A stretch of DNA of 64,000 nucleotides from Octopus sinensis (Eukaryota): contig NC_043017.1 in assembly GCF_006345805.1 (NCBI RefSeq), forward strand, positions 24,986,001 through 25,050,000, in the 5' to 3' direction. The notes beneath the pieces were generated by a model that was not told where the DNA came from, ran no database searches, and saw nothing but the letters and a program-made list of their open reading frames with translations. Below, one piece after another: positions 25,181 to 37,685 of this stretch. The first letter of the stretch is position 1, and each line of letters opens with the position of its first letter. Position numbers and translations under genes: made by a program.

Positions 25181-28038
25181 ACCCATGAAATTGTAATCAT
25201 GACTGTTACCGGTAGCATAATCTTTGAAATGATCTTTGAATGTTGAGCCTCATGGAAGCAATGACAAGTGACCAAGACCTTGGCGATGACAAGGGATCAA
25301 AACCTTGACGATAGGTGACCGAGGCCTTGGTGATGACAAGTGACTGAGACCTTGGCAATATGCTGTGTTTGAGAAGAATCATTAAACCAAAAAAAACTGT
25401 TGTTGTGACCATTGCCAGTGTCATGGAGATAGTACTTCTGAAATTCTAGTCATGGCAGATATCGGTGCCATGTAAATGGCACCCATTACACTCTTGGAGT
25501 TGTTGGCGTTAGGAAGGGCATCCTGCCATAGAAACCATTCCAAATCAGACTGGAATCTGGTACAGCTTTCTGGTTTACCAGTTCCAGTCAAACCGTCTAA
25601 CCCATGCCAGCATGGAAAGCAGATGTTAAGTGATGATGATGATAATGATGGTTTTTAAGGTGGAAATCAGGCATAAACATTGGAGCATCAGAAAAAAATG
25701 CTCTGCAATATTCTTTATGGCACTTTTACATTCTGAGTACAAATTCCACTGGGGTCAATCATTCTGGATCAATAAAATACAGGACCAGTCACACACATGC
25801 ACACGCACACATAACCGGCTTCTTTCAGTTTCCACCTACTGAATTCACCTTCCAGTCATTGGTTGATCCCTAGAGCTGTAATAGAAGACTCTTGCCCAAG
25901 GTGCCATGGGACTCAATCCTAAGCTACATAGTTGGGAATCAAGCTTCTTACTCATCCAGCCGTTCCTTTGATGTTGATAGAAACAATTTTTGTTTTTGTT
26001 GCTTTCCGATTTTGTTTAGATCTGAGTTCAGATAAAGGTCAGGCGTGAACGGAGAAAATAAATATATATATAAATATTTTTCAGGAAAAATATTAAAAAA
26101 AAAACATACAACAAAACATCATTAACTTACCAAAAATCAAAATAACAAAATAGGGAGAAAAAAAACCTCCCAAATAACAAAGAATAATTAAAAGCAGTAG
26201 TAGCTACCTCGATCAACATAATTTCACTAAAAGAATGTGTAATATGCACATCCCCCCACACACGTGTATGTGTGTGTTACCTTGTTTCTGTTTAGCTGTT
26301 AGGGATGTTGAATCTACTGCTGCTGCTGTTGTTGCTACTGGTGATGATGGCGCTGCTGCTATCGATGCTGCTGCTGCTGCTATATCGTTGGCTTCTTGGA
26401 ATGTTGCTTGACTTCAGGATATTTCTTTTTATTTAACTCTGTGGATTAGGAACAAGACAGCATTGTTAGCTTGAGACTATGACTCATTGCATTGCGTGTG
26501 TGTATACATGTGTGTGTGTGTGTGGCTGTGTGATGGACTCTCCCATATATGTGTGTGTACATATGGTGGATTCTCCTTTATATATGTATATGTATATGTG
26601 TGTGTGTGTGTGTGTGTGTTTATCTTGTTTCAGTCATTGGACTGCAGCCAAGCTGGAGCACTGCCGTGAAAGGGTTTAGTCAGTATTATTTTTTAAACCA
26701 TGGTTACTTTTGTTGGGGTTTCTTTAGTTGAACTGCTATGTTATACGGATGTTAACAAAGCAACACTGGTTGTCAAGCAGTGGTGGGAGACATAACACAA
26801 AGACAAACACACACAGATATATACAGTTCCTGTCTACCAAATCCTGTCTCAAGGCTTTAGTCAGCCAGGGTTCAGTCCCACTGCATGGCACCTTGGGCAA
26901 ATGTTTTCTATAGCCTTGGGCTGACCAAAGCCTTGTGAGTAGATTTGGTTGACAGAAATGGAAAGAAGGTGGTGAGCTGGCAGAAATGTTAGCACGCCGG
27001 GTGAAATGCTTAGCGATATTTCGTCTGCCATTATGTTCTGAGTTCAAATTCTGCCGAGGTCGACTTTGCCTTTCATCCTTTTGGGGTCAATAAATTAAGT
27101 ACCGGTCACGCACTGGAGTTGTTGTAATCGACTTAATCCCTTTGTCTGTCCTTGTTTGTCCCCTCTATGTTTAGCCCCTTGTAGGCAATAAAGAAATAAG
27201 AAATGGAAAGAAGCTTGTTGTCTGTGGGTGTGTATGTGTTTGTGTTTGTTCTCTCTCACCCCCATTCCCTGCTTGACAACTGGTGTTGGTGTGTTTACAT
27301 CCCTGTCACTTGTTCGGCAAAAGGGGTGAACAGAATAAGTACCAGGCTTTAAAAAAAAAAAGCACTAGGGTTAATTTGTTTGACCAAAGTTCCCCATGGC
27401 AGTGCTCCAGCATGGCCACAGTTTAATGACTTATTTTAATTTTCTCCTTGAAATTGAAAGCAGAAGCATATATGCACATATGTATATAATTTATAAAAGG
27501 AAAGCACTTTGCACGTGCACATGTACTCATGCACACACGCATGTACACACACAAAATTTATATTAAATTTCCAAAAGTTATATTGGATACTGAGCAGTAG
27601 TTTTGGTCGTGGTGGTAGCTATGGCAATCAACATCATTAATTTTAATCTTTTAATCAGCAACTACAACTGTAACAAAGCGTAGAGGCTGGTGTTAATTAA
27701 GTACACAGTGGTTTGACTACTCAGTTAATTACAAGGTCATTTACTAGTTAAAACCCCACACTGCAAACCTATTATGTTCTATCCTTGTTGGGAAGAAAAT
27801 ATATTCTTCCACATATTTTGGTTCAGTCTAGCTGAAAATAGTCACATCATTACTGAACTAGATTTCAACTGGATGGCTATGTATGTATGGAGGGGAGCAT
27901 CCTTCTGATAGGTTAAGAAGATGGCTTTGCAATTACATGGTTTCAGGTTCAATCCCAACACAAGCAAGTGCCTTCTACTATAGCCCCAGATTAAGCATGA
28001 ATTTGTTAGATGGAAACTGTATTGAAGCCCACCATATA

Positions 28039-28720
28039 CAGGGTGCGGTGAATAAATTGTGTAAATTACGCAAAAATGAAAATAACAATGACATCTCATT
28101 TTAACATAGATATCTACCAAAATTACATAAAAATATCTTGAAATACTTAATGGTAAATTTATTGCTTCAGCAACAGCATCCAGATGACTTCAGAATTTCC
28201 TGCAACTCTTTGGGATGGTCTCCATGTTTAAGTTGGTAAATGCTGCCATAATCCTTGCCTTCAGTTCATCTTTGGTGTTACAAGGAGTTTTATTGGTCTC
28301 TCGCTCAATTACATCCCACACATAATAATCAAGGGGGTTGCAGTCTGGGGGTTTTGGTAGCCAGATTTTAGGGGTGATGTGGTCGCAGAAATTGTCTGAC
28401 AACCATGACTGGGTTCTCCTGCTTGTGTAGCATGGTGCAGTGTCCTGTTATCAGACATACGGTCTTCCAGCAGCCACCGTCTTGATCCAGGCACTTGATG
28501 TAGGCCTCCGGGTTGAGTATGAGGCCGTGTGGGAAGATGTATGGAGGCATGTCACCATCACTAGTGATCATTCTAAACACCATGATGTTGACTGGATGTT
28601 TGATTTTTATCACTCTTGGTACATGTTTTGGGAACATGGCAAGTGCCGTCTTCTCTCTTGCACACAGCATCTGATGCATCTTATACCCAGTTTTCCTCTT
28701 AAATCATTTACATTCTGTTA
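28039..28720 (-). mobile_element. Tc1/mariner (maT/DD37D-like) transposase remnant, 3' half with TIR
   Basis: Frameshifted VNIMVFRMITSDGDMPPYIFPHGL and PDCNPLDYYVWDVIERETNKTPCNTKDELKARIMAAF; TA|cagggtgcgg end. Confidence 0.85.
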
Positions 28721-28971
28721 CGTGAGCACACTAGCTTTACCCATCCAGTGGAGCATGCTGGCTTCATTTCTTTCAAGCCTTCACAAGTCCTCTGTAGTCA
28801 AAGGCCATATTTCACTGCCATGGTACATAGCGGAAACAAGTAACCGAAATATGGCATATATGTCCATTACCCATTTTTTCATCTTTGATCTCCATGTTTG
28901 TTTACATCTGACGTCTCAGATACAAAACGTCATAACAGAATCAGTGCTGGCTATGATTTCTATAGAAAATC

Positions 28972-29052
28972 TGTAGAGATGACCTTAACACGTGAATCTA
29001 TTAAAAGAATATATATATATCTTTTAATAGATTCACATGTTAAGGTCATCTC

Positions 29053-29056
<4 letters not shown>
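28972..29056. repeat. Inverted repeat, 37-bp arms (1 mismatch), (AT)n loop
   Basis: tgtagagatgaccttaacacgtgaatctattaaaaga / tcttttaatagattcacatgttaaggtcatctctaca. Confidence 0.95.
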
Positions 29057-29096
<40 letters not shown>

Positions 29097-29314
29097 CATA
29101 CATATATATATACATACATACATACATACATACGGTGTTACTTATCATTTGACGAGTAATGATGCAAATATTCTTTTGCCATTCTGCGTAGAATATTACA
29201 TGGGTGTAATAATTTGTATGTTTGAAATCAGGTTTATATTACTGAGCAAGTATGTTTGGATTAATAAATTAAATCCAATTAAAAATTAAATCATTTCTTT
29301 TTCATTTGTTTCAG

Positions 29315-29452
29315 ATCGATTTGATCATCACTGCCCATGGGTTGGCAATTGTGTCGGAAGGAGAAACTATAGATACTTCTACCTCTTCATATTGTCTTTA
29401 TCTGTTCTGTGTATTTACATATTTGCTTGTGTTTTGACTCATCTTATATTGC
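29315..29452 (+). CDS. ZDHHC14: DHHC palmitoyltransferase (ZDHHC9/14/18 subfamily), catalytic DHHC-CRD exon, 138 nt
   Basis: Acceptor ttcatttgtttcag| and donor |gtaagt. Translates (D)[45 protein letters not shown](R), containing the DHHC catalytic motif followed by a transmembrane helix. Closest in my recollection to vertebrate ZDHHC14; orthology is probably to the whole 9/14/18 group. Confidence 0.97.
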
Positions 29453-30049
29453 GTAAGTATTTCACATTTTGTTTTCCTATTTGGTTTGCAAGTTTCTGAA
29501 TGTGAATTCGTGGGTTGAAATAAATTTTGTCATGTCTTGGGACAGTCATCACGCCAATAATAATAATAATAGCACAGGCACAGGTTCAGTTCCACTTCTT
29601 TATTGACTCATCAATTGGTTAAATATCTGTCCAACTAAGTTGGCCAGATAGTTGACCAATTGACTAATGATAATCAAGTGGAATTCAACCTATCATTATT
29701 CAGGTGGCAAGCTGGCAGAATTGTTAGCATGCCAGGCAAAATACTTAACGGTATTTTACCCGTTGATACACTCTGAGTTCAAAATCAACCATGGTTGACT
29801 TTGCCTTTCATACCTTTCAAGGTCAATAAATGAAGTACCAGTTGAACACTGGGGTCGATGTAATCAACTATCCTCCTCCCCCAAATTTCAGGCCTTGCGC
29901 CTATAGCAGAAAGGATTATTATTATTATTATTATTTTGTGGTTGATAAAATCAATCCCAGTGGAACATTGGGGTTAATGTAATCGACTTTCTCCCGACCC
30001 TTCAACATGCTAGCCTTATATCAAAATTTGAAACCAATGTGTGTGTATG

Positions 30050-30120
<71 letters not shown>

Positions 30121-30319
30121 TCCCACACACATACAAACAGTAAATTGGTTGTAACATTACATAAGTGGATCAAGAGCTAAGTGTTCCAGGCACTTAATGA
30201 AACTTTTAATAAATGACATGTACAAAACTTTCAAAATACTTAAGTAACTTTATAGCCAATTTAATGTGTGTGTATGTAAATATATACACGCACACACACA
30301 CATGTATATATACATACAT

Positions 30320-31190
30320 ACAAATTGCAGTAAATAAATTGTGTAAATTACGCAAAAATAAAAATAACACTGACATCTCATTTTAACAGATATATTTATC
30401 AAAATTACATAAAAATATCTTGAAGTACTAAAGAGTAGATTTATTCAATAAAATCACCATTGGCTTCAACCACAGCCTCCAGACAACTTCGGAATCTTCA
30501 GCAACTTTTCTGTAAGGTCTCCTTGTTTAAGTTGGTCAATAATGCCATAATCCTTGCCTGCAGGTCATCTTTGGTGTTACAAAGAGTTTTGTTGCTCTCT
30601 CGCTCGGCTGCGTCCCACACATAACAAGGTGGGGTTCCTGTCTGGTGAGTTAGGTGGCTAGATGTTAGGGTTGATATGGTTGCAGAGATTGTCTGATAGC
30701 GATGACTGGGTTCTCCTGCTTGTGTGGAATGGTGCAGAGTCCTGTTGTCAGCCACAAAGTCTTCTAGCAGGTACCCTCTTGACCCAGGGCAGCACTACCT
30801 TCTCCAGGCCCTTGATATAAGCATCAAGTTGAGTATGATGCCATGTAAGAAGATAAATGGAACCCTAACATCGCCATTACCAGTGACCACTCCAAACACC
30901 ATTTGACTGGGTGTTTGATTTTTATCACTCTCAGTACATGTTTTAGGGACACGGCAAGCCAACTGTTGTTCTGTGTGTTCTCCATCTGTTTGTATTGGAG
31001 CTTCAAGTGTGAATGCTGAACAGTACAGCATGTCGCTTCCAAATTTCTGGAAGAGTGAATTGCATCATGATGCTATTTTCTCACAGACAGTGCCCAACTG
31101 ACCCTACTATACTGTGTAGTCAACAAAATCAAAAACAAACAATGTGCATGTGCAAAATTAAAAATATAAAATTTACCCATCACACCCTGT
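30320..31190 (-). mobile_element. Second maT-like Tc1/mariner remnant, internally deleted
   Basis: QMVFGVVTGNGDVRVPFIFLHG and VWDAAERESNKTLCNTKDDLQARIMA; opposite end ...catcacaccctg. Confidence 0.8.
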
Positions 31191-31749
31191 GTCTATATAT
31201 CACGTGATCACGTGACCGACCAGACCATCAGATGTTGCTACACATTGCTGGTCACAATGTGTTCGCATTGTTTTAGCCTTCGAATGACGCCACCCCGCTG
31301 GCTAAGCGAGCAGGCCAACAGAAGAAAGAGTGGTGAAAGAGTACAGCAGGGATCACCACCCCCTGCCGGAGCCCCGTAGAGCTTTTAGGTGTTTTCGCTC
31401 AATGCCTGGTCTGGGAATCGAAATCGCGATCCTACGACCACGAGTCCGCTGCCCTAACCACTGGGCCATTGCGCATCCACGTGTCTATATATATATGCGT
31501 ATGTCTTAAGCTGATATCTATTGGCAAAATAATATAAATATCAGCTAGGAGATCAATAAACTGGTGCTTTAAAAGATAATACTTTGTGTTTTCTTTTTGT
31601 TCTGCTTGAGTGGTACAGATGCTCCATTATATGCTATTACTGCACCTGCCTTAGTAAATGCATTGAAGCAGTGATTGGTCCATTGGAAACCTATAACCAA
31701 TGACATTATTGTTCATATAATGCATTAAACCATACAAAATATATCCACG

Positions 31750-31782
<33 letters not shown>

Positions 31783-33604
31783 CTTTATAGATGTTTATAT
31801 CCTTATACACACATGCATAGACGTATAGTTATTTTAGTTATTATAGCGTAATTTGTAAACAATAGGGTCCTGGTTATTGGCTATAGTTTTCCAAAGCTCC
31901 GATCACTGATTTATTACCCTTCTGATAAGGGACTGTAATTGCCTTGCTCAGTGCAGAACAGCAATTATCTGAAACACTTTGTGGAGCATCTGGTTTTTTT
32001 TTATTTTTCTCACCGATGTTTATATCCTTCATTGATGTACATTGGAAAGCACGCGCACGCGCACATGTGTGGACAGTGGATCTATGCTCAGTTTCCTTCC
32101 ATCAAATCATATTGATAAGATATTGGTCAACCCGAAGCCATGGTAACCCTTGTTCAAGGTATCATGCACTGGAAATGATAATGGAACTGCAATAGATACT
32201 GTTTGCATGTCTTACACACACACACACACAAATATATGTATAATACATATATGCAAATGCACATATATACACAAGTAACGAACACACATATTTACACACA
32301 CACACCACACACACACATCTCGTAACAGATAATAGAAGGGATATAAACATTTCATCATAATCTTTGGTGGGGATTAGAGGATTAGAAGTAATAAGGAAAA
32401 GGATGTAAAAAATGCATGTATTTTACATTTGGTTGTTTGTTTTTGGTTGTTGTTGTTGTCTACTTATGAAATTCTAAAAATTTCTAGTCTGTGCTAATAA
32501 TGTATAGCACTATTTCATTCTTTTTAGAATCCATCAACATGACGCAGCCTGTCGTATATTTTTTAAACATTTTAAAGCATTGTGAAATTTTGGAAAAGAT
32601 AAGATAGAAAACTAATTGGAGGATATGGCAACACGGGAGCTGCTATGTAGTTGCGTAAAATCTCTTCTGTAGCTTAGACAAGAAGGGCTCATTGCATTAT
32701 ATGCTTGAAGGTGCTCTAACTAAAACATATGTCTATGCAGTCAAAATTGCCCCAGCTGGCCAGTAAGAGCTCAATAAGGACTGTACTGGCATTAAACAAT
32801 TGAATATTTACAGGAACCCTTTGAGTTACATCTTAATATATATATACATATATATATATATATTATTTTGAACATATATATAGGCACACATATGCTTATA
32901 TACATATATATGTTTATACCGTCATGTGTGCGTGCACACACACACACACAGTCAATTCAGTTATATTGCAATTTATGAGCAAAAGCAGCTAAATTTTCCT
33001 CAGTCACAGACTATTGTTTTACTAATTGAGAAAGAGCATATTAAGTATGATGTAGAGATGGTTCCTTCCTTCTTCTCGAGCCATGCCAGGCTCATAAGGG
33101 CCGGTTTCCCGGTTTCAATGGCGTAGAAATTCCCCACCTGGATGGGATGCCGGCCTGTCGCAGGATCGCTCATTTTTGCCAGCTGAGTGGATTGGAGCAA
33201 CGTGAAAATGAAGTGTTTTGCTCAAGAACACAACGCATCGCCCGGTCCAGGAATCGAAACCACAACCTTTCGATCATGAGTTCAACACCTTAACCACTAA
33301 GCCACACACCTCCACTTGTAGAGATGGTCCTGGTTGGTGACAGGTCTACTTGATCAGGATCCGTCTGTAGCTAGACAATAACAACTTGTTGAATAATTAA
33401 TGCTTAGACTAGCAAGTTTGCTTGCTATGCTGCACTAATGAAACATATACGGAATTGATTTGCCAGTTGCAAGATCTTGTGTGGATATCTCTAACGATGA
33501 CTAATCAACAAACTTTACTTTCTCAAATATCTAACATGAAATTAACTTCAATCCTAAGTTATTTCATAAACATTCAAACTTAAGATCAAAGAATATATAA
33601 GTGT

Positions 33605-33982
33605 TAGGAGTGGCTGTATGGTAAGTAGCTTGCTTACCAACCATATGGATCTGGGTTCAGTCCCACTGCGTGGCACCTTGGGCAAGTGTCTTTTGCTATT
33701 GCCTCAGGCAAACCAAAGCCTTTGAGTGGATTTGGTAGACAGAAACTGAAAGAAGCCCATCGTATATATATATATATATGTATGTATGTGTGTGTATATG
33801 TTTGTGTGTCTGTGTTTGACAACCAATGCTGGTGTGTTTACATCCCCGTAACTTAGCAGTTCGGCAAAAGAGACTCATAGAACAAGTACTAGGCTTACAA
33901 AGAATAAGTCCTGGGGTCGATTTGCTCAACTAAAGGCGGTGCTCCAGCATGGCCACAGTCAAATGACTGAAACAAGTAAAAG
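33605..33982 (+). mobile_element. tRNA-derived SINE family 1
   Basis: Same head, body and tail as the other copies. Confidence 0.88.
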
Positions 33983-34465
33983 TGTAAAGTGTAAGCAGGC
34001 AACTAACCCCTGCTCCTTAAAATTACTGGCCTTGTGCCTAAATTTGAAACTACCACCATCATCATCATTATTATTATCTTGATACAATTTATGAAGATGC
34101 TTGACTTAGGGGTGAGGGTATTCAGCTTGTGTTCCGTGTCCTCTTGAAGCAAACGTGCTTCTTCCAGTACTACTGTCCAGTTTGTATTTATGTTTATGTG
34201 AGGTATGCATTCAAGTTGAAAATTCTGGAAATAGTTTTTTTTACAGAGTAATTATTATATCAAAAACATGAAGTTAGGAAAATTTTTTCGGTGCTAGTTG
34301 TCCACCGTTACACACATTTCATTTGCTAATAGGAATTACGAAGTTTCTTACATGTTGGATAAACATGTTTATTCAACATGTATAACTTTTTAATTCCTTT
34401 TAGCAAATGAAACATGTGTAATGGTTAACAAATAATACCAACAATCTTTTTGAACTTCATGTTTA

Positions 34466-34511
<46 letters not shown>

Positions 34512-34961
34512 CACACATACATCATCATCATCATTGTTTAATGTCCGTTTTCCATGCTAGCATGGGTTGGACGGTTCGACTGGGGTCTGGGAAGCCAGGA
34601 GGCTGCGCCAGGCTCCAGTCTGATTTGGCAGTGTTCCTACAGCTAGATGCCCTTCTTAATGCCAACCACTCCGTGAGTGTAGTGGGTGCTTTTTGCATGC
34701 CACCGGCACAGGGGCCAGAGGAGGCTGGCAAAAGGCCCCGATAGGTTGGTGCTTTTTACATGTCACCAACACAGACGCCAGTCAGGCAGCACTGGCATCA
34801 GCCACATTCAGATGGTGTTTTTACGTGCCACCAGCACGGGTATCTTAACTACAATTTCCATTTGATTTTTATTTTGATGTTGGTGTTGACGTGTGTGTGT
34901 TTGTGTGTGTAAAAAGTAGAAGAGTCAAAAGGAAGAGTAAGTACAGTTAGGCAGCTTTTTA

Positions 34962-35066
34962 ATCACTACAAATGTTTCGATACATACATATCCTCATATA
35001 CACAGGATTTAAAGTTCGTAACTATTTACTTGTATAAGAAGATCTATAAGTATCTCCTCAGGCAAT
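34962..35066 (-). ncRNA. Hammerhead ribozyme fold with an extended stem II loop
   Basis: Minus strand ATTGC-CTGAGGA-GATAC...(about 66 nt)...GTATC-GAAA-CATTTGT-A-GTGAT. Stem II is 5 bp, stem III is ACA(TT)TGT, triplet GUA, stem I is 5 bp with two G.U pairs. Confidence 0.5.
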
Positions 35067-36036
35067 ACTCAGTTAATGTCTCCGTAAGTAAATCTAGTTT
35101 CCTTGCTACAACATCCATGGCTTCTTCCTTTTGACTCTTTTACTTTTTACCTTCACACACAAGGAATATCTAAGACTAGAATTGGTAGTATACCATAAGA
35201 ATACTACTAGCTGTTTGGGAATTCTAAGAGTGAACGAGCCCTATTTGTACTCTGATACATTCTTAACAGAACACACCTCAAATATATATATATACACACA
35301 AAAAGGGTGAAATATAATTAATTTAATAAAATTAATAAATTTCACCTGGTAGTTTTTTCGGTATGGAAATGACCATATTTGGTAAGGTTGCTCAAAACCA
35401 CATATATTTTCGGTATGTGGTTTTGAGCAACTTGTTGCAATTAACCCTTTATTATAATTAAAATAAATAAATATATATATATATACATATAAACGCAGAG
35501 TAGATGAAACAGAGGCAGCTGAAGAAGGGGAATGTTCCTTGTGTTGTATGTCTTCTACTCTATTTTTTAGTTGTTTAAAAAAATGTCCATTTCCTTGGTT
35601 TTGTGTTTATGTTTTCGTTTCTCATTGTGTTCGACGTTTTCTTGGTGTCCTGTACCCATATATGCATGTATATATATACATATAGATGTAGGTACGTACA
35701 TATATGTATGTATATATGCATATGTTTTATTTATTATTTTGTTACATATATATATATATATATATATATACAAAATATTCAGGGTGAATACTTGATGACT
35801 GTAAGCCAGTTAGTGGTGTAGGTGATAGGGTATATTTATCAAAAGAAAAACAGGATGCAAAGGATTTAGCAGTATATATATATATATATATATAATATAT
35901 ATATATATATCTTTTAAATTTGTTTATGGGAAACGTTTTTAAGATGCTGGCCACAGTCTAATGATTCTGACTGGTGAACCAGTGTTTTGGGGGAGTTGCA
36001 TCGAGCTGTGCCAATATAATGTAGGATAAATATAGT

Positions 36037-36185
36037 AATAATAACAATAATCCTTGGGTGGAATTTCTAAACATTTAATTCATTGCTATGCGCATTTCCA
36101 CAAATCACGAGACACGATTTGCAGAAACACGCGTAGTAATGCATTAACTGTTTAGAAATTCCATCCAAGGATTATTGTTATTATT
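36037..36185. repeat. Imperfect palindrome of about 150 bp
   Basis: 37-bp outer arms with 1 mismatch (36037-36073 / 36149-36185) and a partly paired interior. Confidence 0.9.
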
Positions 36186-36189
36186 ACTA

Positions 36190-36409
36190 CTACTATATAT
36201 ACATATCGCGTGTGTACTATTGGCGATTTTTTTTTCCTCCATCTTCCCTTCTCTGGATCTTTCCTTTTCCTATGTTTCTGACGAAGAGCTCTGCTCGAAA
36301 CGTTAAACCCTCCTTCTTCCCTTCCTTCCTGAGCGTCCAATAATACTATATTTGTTCCACGTCCTCACGTTGTTGTGTTTTCTCTTTGTGTTTTCATGTT
36401 TGGATTAAC

Positions 36410-36410
<1 letters not shown>
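36190..36410 (+). mobile_element. Penelope-like non-autonomous repeat containing the minimal hammerhead
   Basis: Pyrimidine-rich body around ctgacgaagagc...gaaacgtt, ending in (TA)n. Family assignment is inferred from the hammerhead type. Confidence 0.45.
36274..36308 (+). ncRNA. Minimal type I hammerhead ribozyme (Penelope-like)
   Basis: GTTT-CTGACGA-A-GAGC(TCT)GCTC-GAAACGT-T-AAAC. Stem I GTTT/AAAC, an extra A after the core, and loopless palindromic stem III ACGT typical of dimer-acting PLE hammerheads. Confidence 0.6.
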
Positions 36411-36457
<47 letters not shown>

Positions 36458-36506
36458 CACGCATGAGCAAAATACATCCACTTATGACCTGTTGTTCTTT
36501 TTCCAG

Positions 36507-36555
36507 GTGCTCAGCAAAATAATTTTCTCACAGTAATGCAAGAATCTCCAGCAAG
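36507..36555 (+). CDS. ZDHHC14: ZDHHC 49-nt exon ending in a U12 (AT-AC) donor
   Basis: Acceptor gttgttctttttccag|. Reads (R)AQQNNFLTVMQESPA(S) in phase with the upstream exon (C|GT = Arg), aligning with the ZDHHC14 segment SQQTGFLNALKDSPAS. Followed by |ATATCCTTTT. Confidence 0.93.
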
Positions 36556-36565
36556 ATATCCTTTT
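36556..36565 (+). other. U12-type (minor spliceosome) 5' splice site, AT-AC subtype
   Basis: ATATCCTTTT matches the U12 donor consensus RTATCCTTT exactly at the point where protein similarity stops. Confidence 0.93.
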
Positions 36566-36725
36566 GAAAATCTAATACAATATTACAATGTTTATGTTTG
36601 ATGATATTACATTTTCATGAAAATTTCTGAATTTCTTTCTTTTTGTTTTTTTTTTTTGGATTTTCAATTATCTAGACAGACTTGTCGACTGCTCTTCGAT
36701 TGAGATTAATGATAACCGCATCTAC

Positions 36726-36778
<53 letters not shown>

Positions 36779-36957
36779 CTTTATTTCTTTCTACATGAAT
36801 AAACTTGACTGCTTGTATTATGTACCTTTTCCTCTTCTCATTTTAAATTTAGAAACACATACACACACACTAATATATATATATATATTTATTAATACTT
36901 AGCAGAAGCAATGGAGTGACGGTTACACACACACACACACACACATATTCATACATA

Positions 36958-37030
<73 letters not shown>

Positions 37031-37424
37031 ATAGGCATATATAGTGTGAATGTGTAAAGAAAAAAAAATGTAAACTATAACCAAATGAAAAATTATGAAT
37101 TGTTGATGTAGAAACATTTAATTCCATCTTTTCCATGTCTGTCTTTCTCTTTCTCTCTCTCTATTTCTCTTTCTCCCTCTCTCTCACTCACTCACTCACT
37201 CTCTCTCTCTCTCTGTGTCTCTCTCTATTTAATAAGAATAATTCATTGAACTTCTAAATATAATATCTCTTGCATCATTCAGAGACTGGTAACGTGATTG
37301 ATGGAGGTGTAGATGCTGTTGCAGTTGTTATTTCAGTCAATCAATCAATTAATCAATCAATAATTGTCTGTTTCTGGCAGGCATGTTGCTGGTTTCCAAG
37401 GCTGTCTCTTTCTCTCTCTCTCTT

Positions 37425-37462
<38 letters not shown>

Positions 37463-37649
37463 ACTCTCTCTCTCTCTCTCACACACACATACACACACAC
37501 ACACATACACACACACACACACACTCACTCACACACACACACACACATGTATATATATGTGCGTGTGTATGTTTATATATGTATGTGTGTATATATATTT
37601 TTGTGTATACCTGTGTGTGTACATGCATATATATGCATATCTATTTGTG

Positions 37650-37685
<36 letters not shown>

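Noticed and set aside
26281-26440. Poly-Leu/Ala open frame after a tttag
   Set aside because: (CTG/GCT)n low-complexity tract with no donor and no homology to the missing ZDHHC exon.
36571-36581. 10-bp complementarity between sequence after the U12 donor and 54398-54407 upstream of exon B (possible docking/selector pairing)
   Set aside because: Short and AT-rich, expected by chance; no competing selector seen for exon A.
36556-36599. Read-through of the 49-nt exon (RYPFENLIQYYNVYV*) or use of a downstream GT as donor
   Set aside because: Homology stops exactly at the ATATCCTTT consensus, and the AT-AC junction restores the conserved PAS-(I/M)(I/V)EA sequence and frame.
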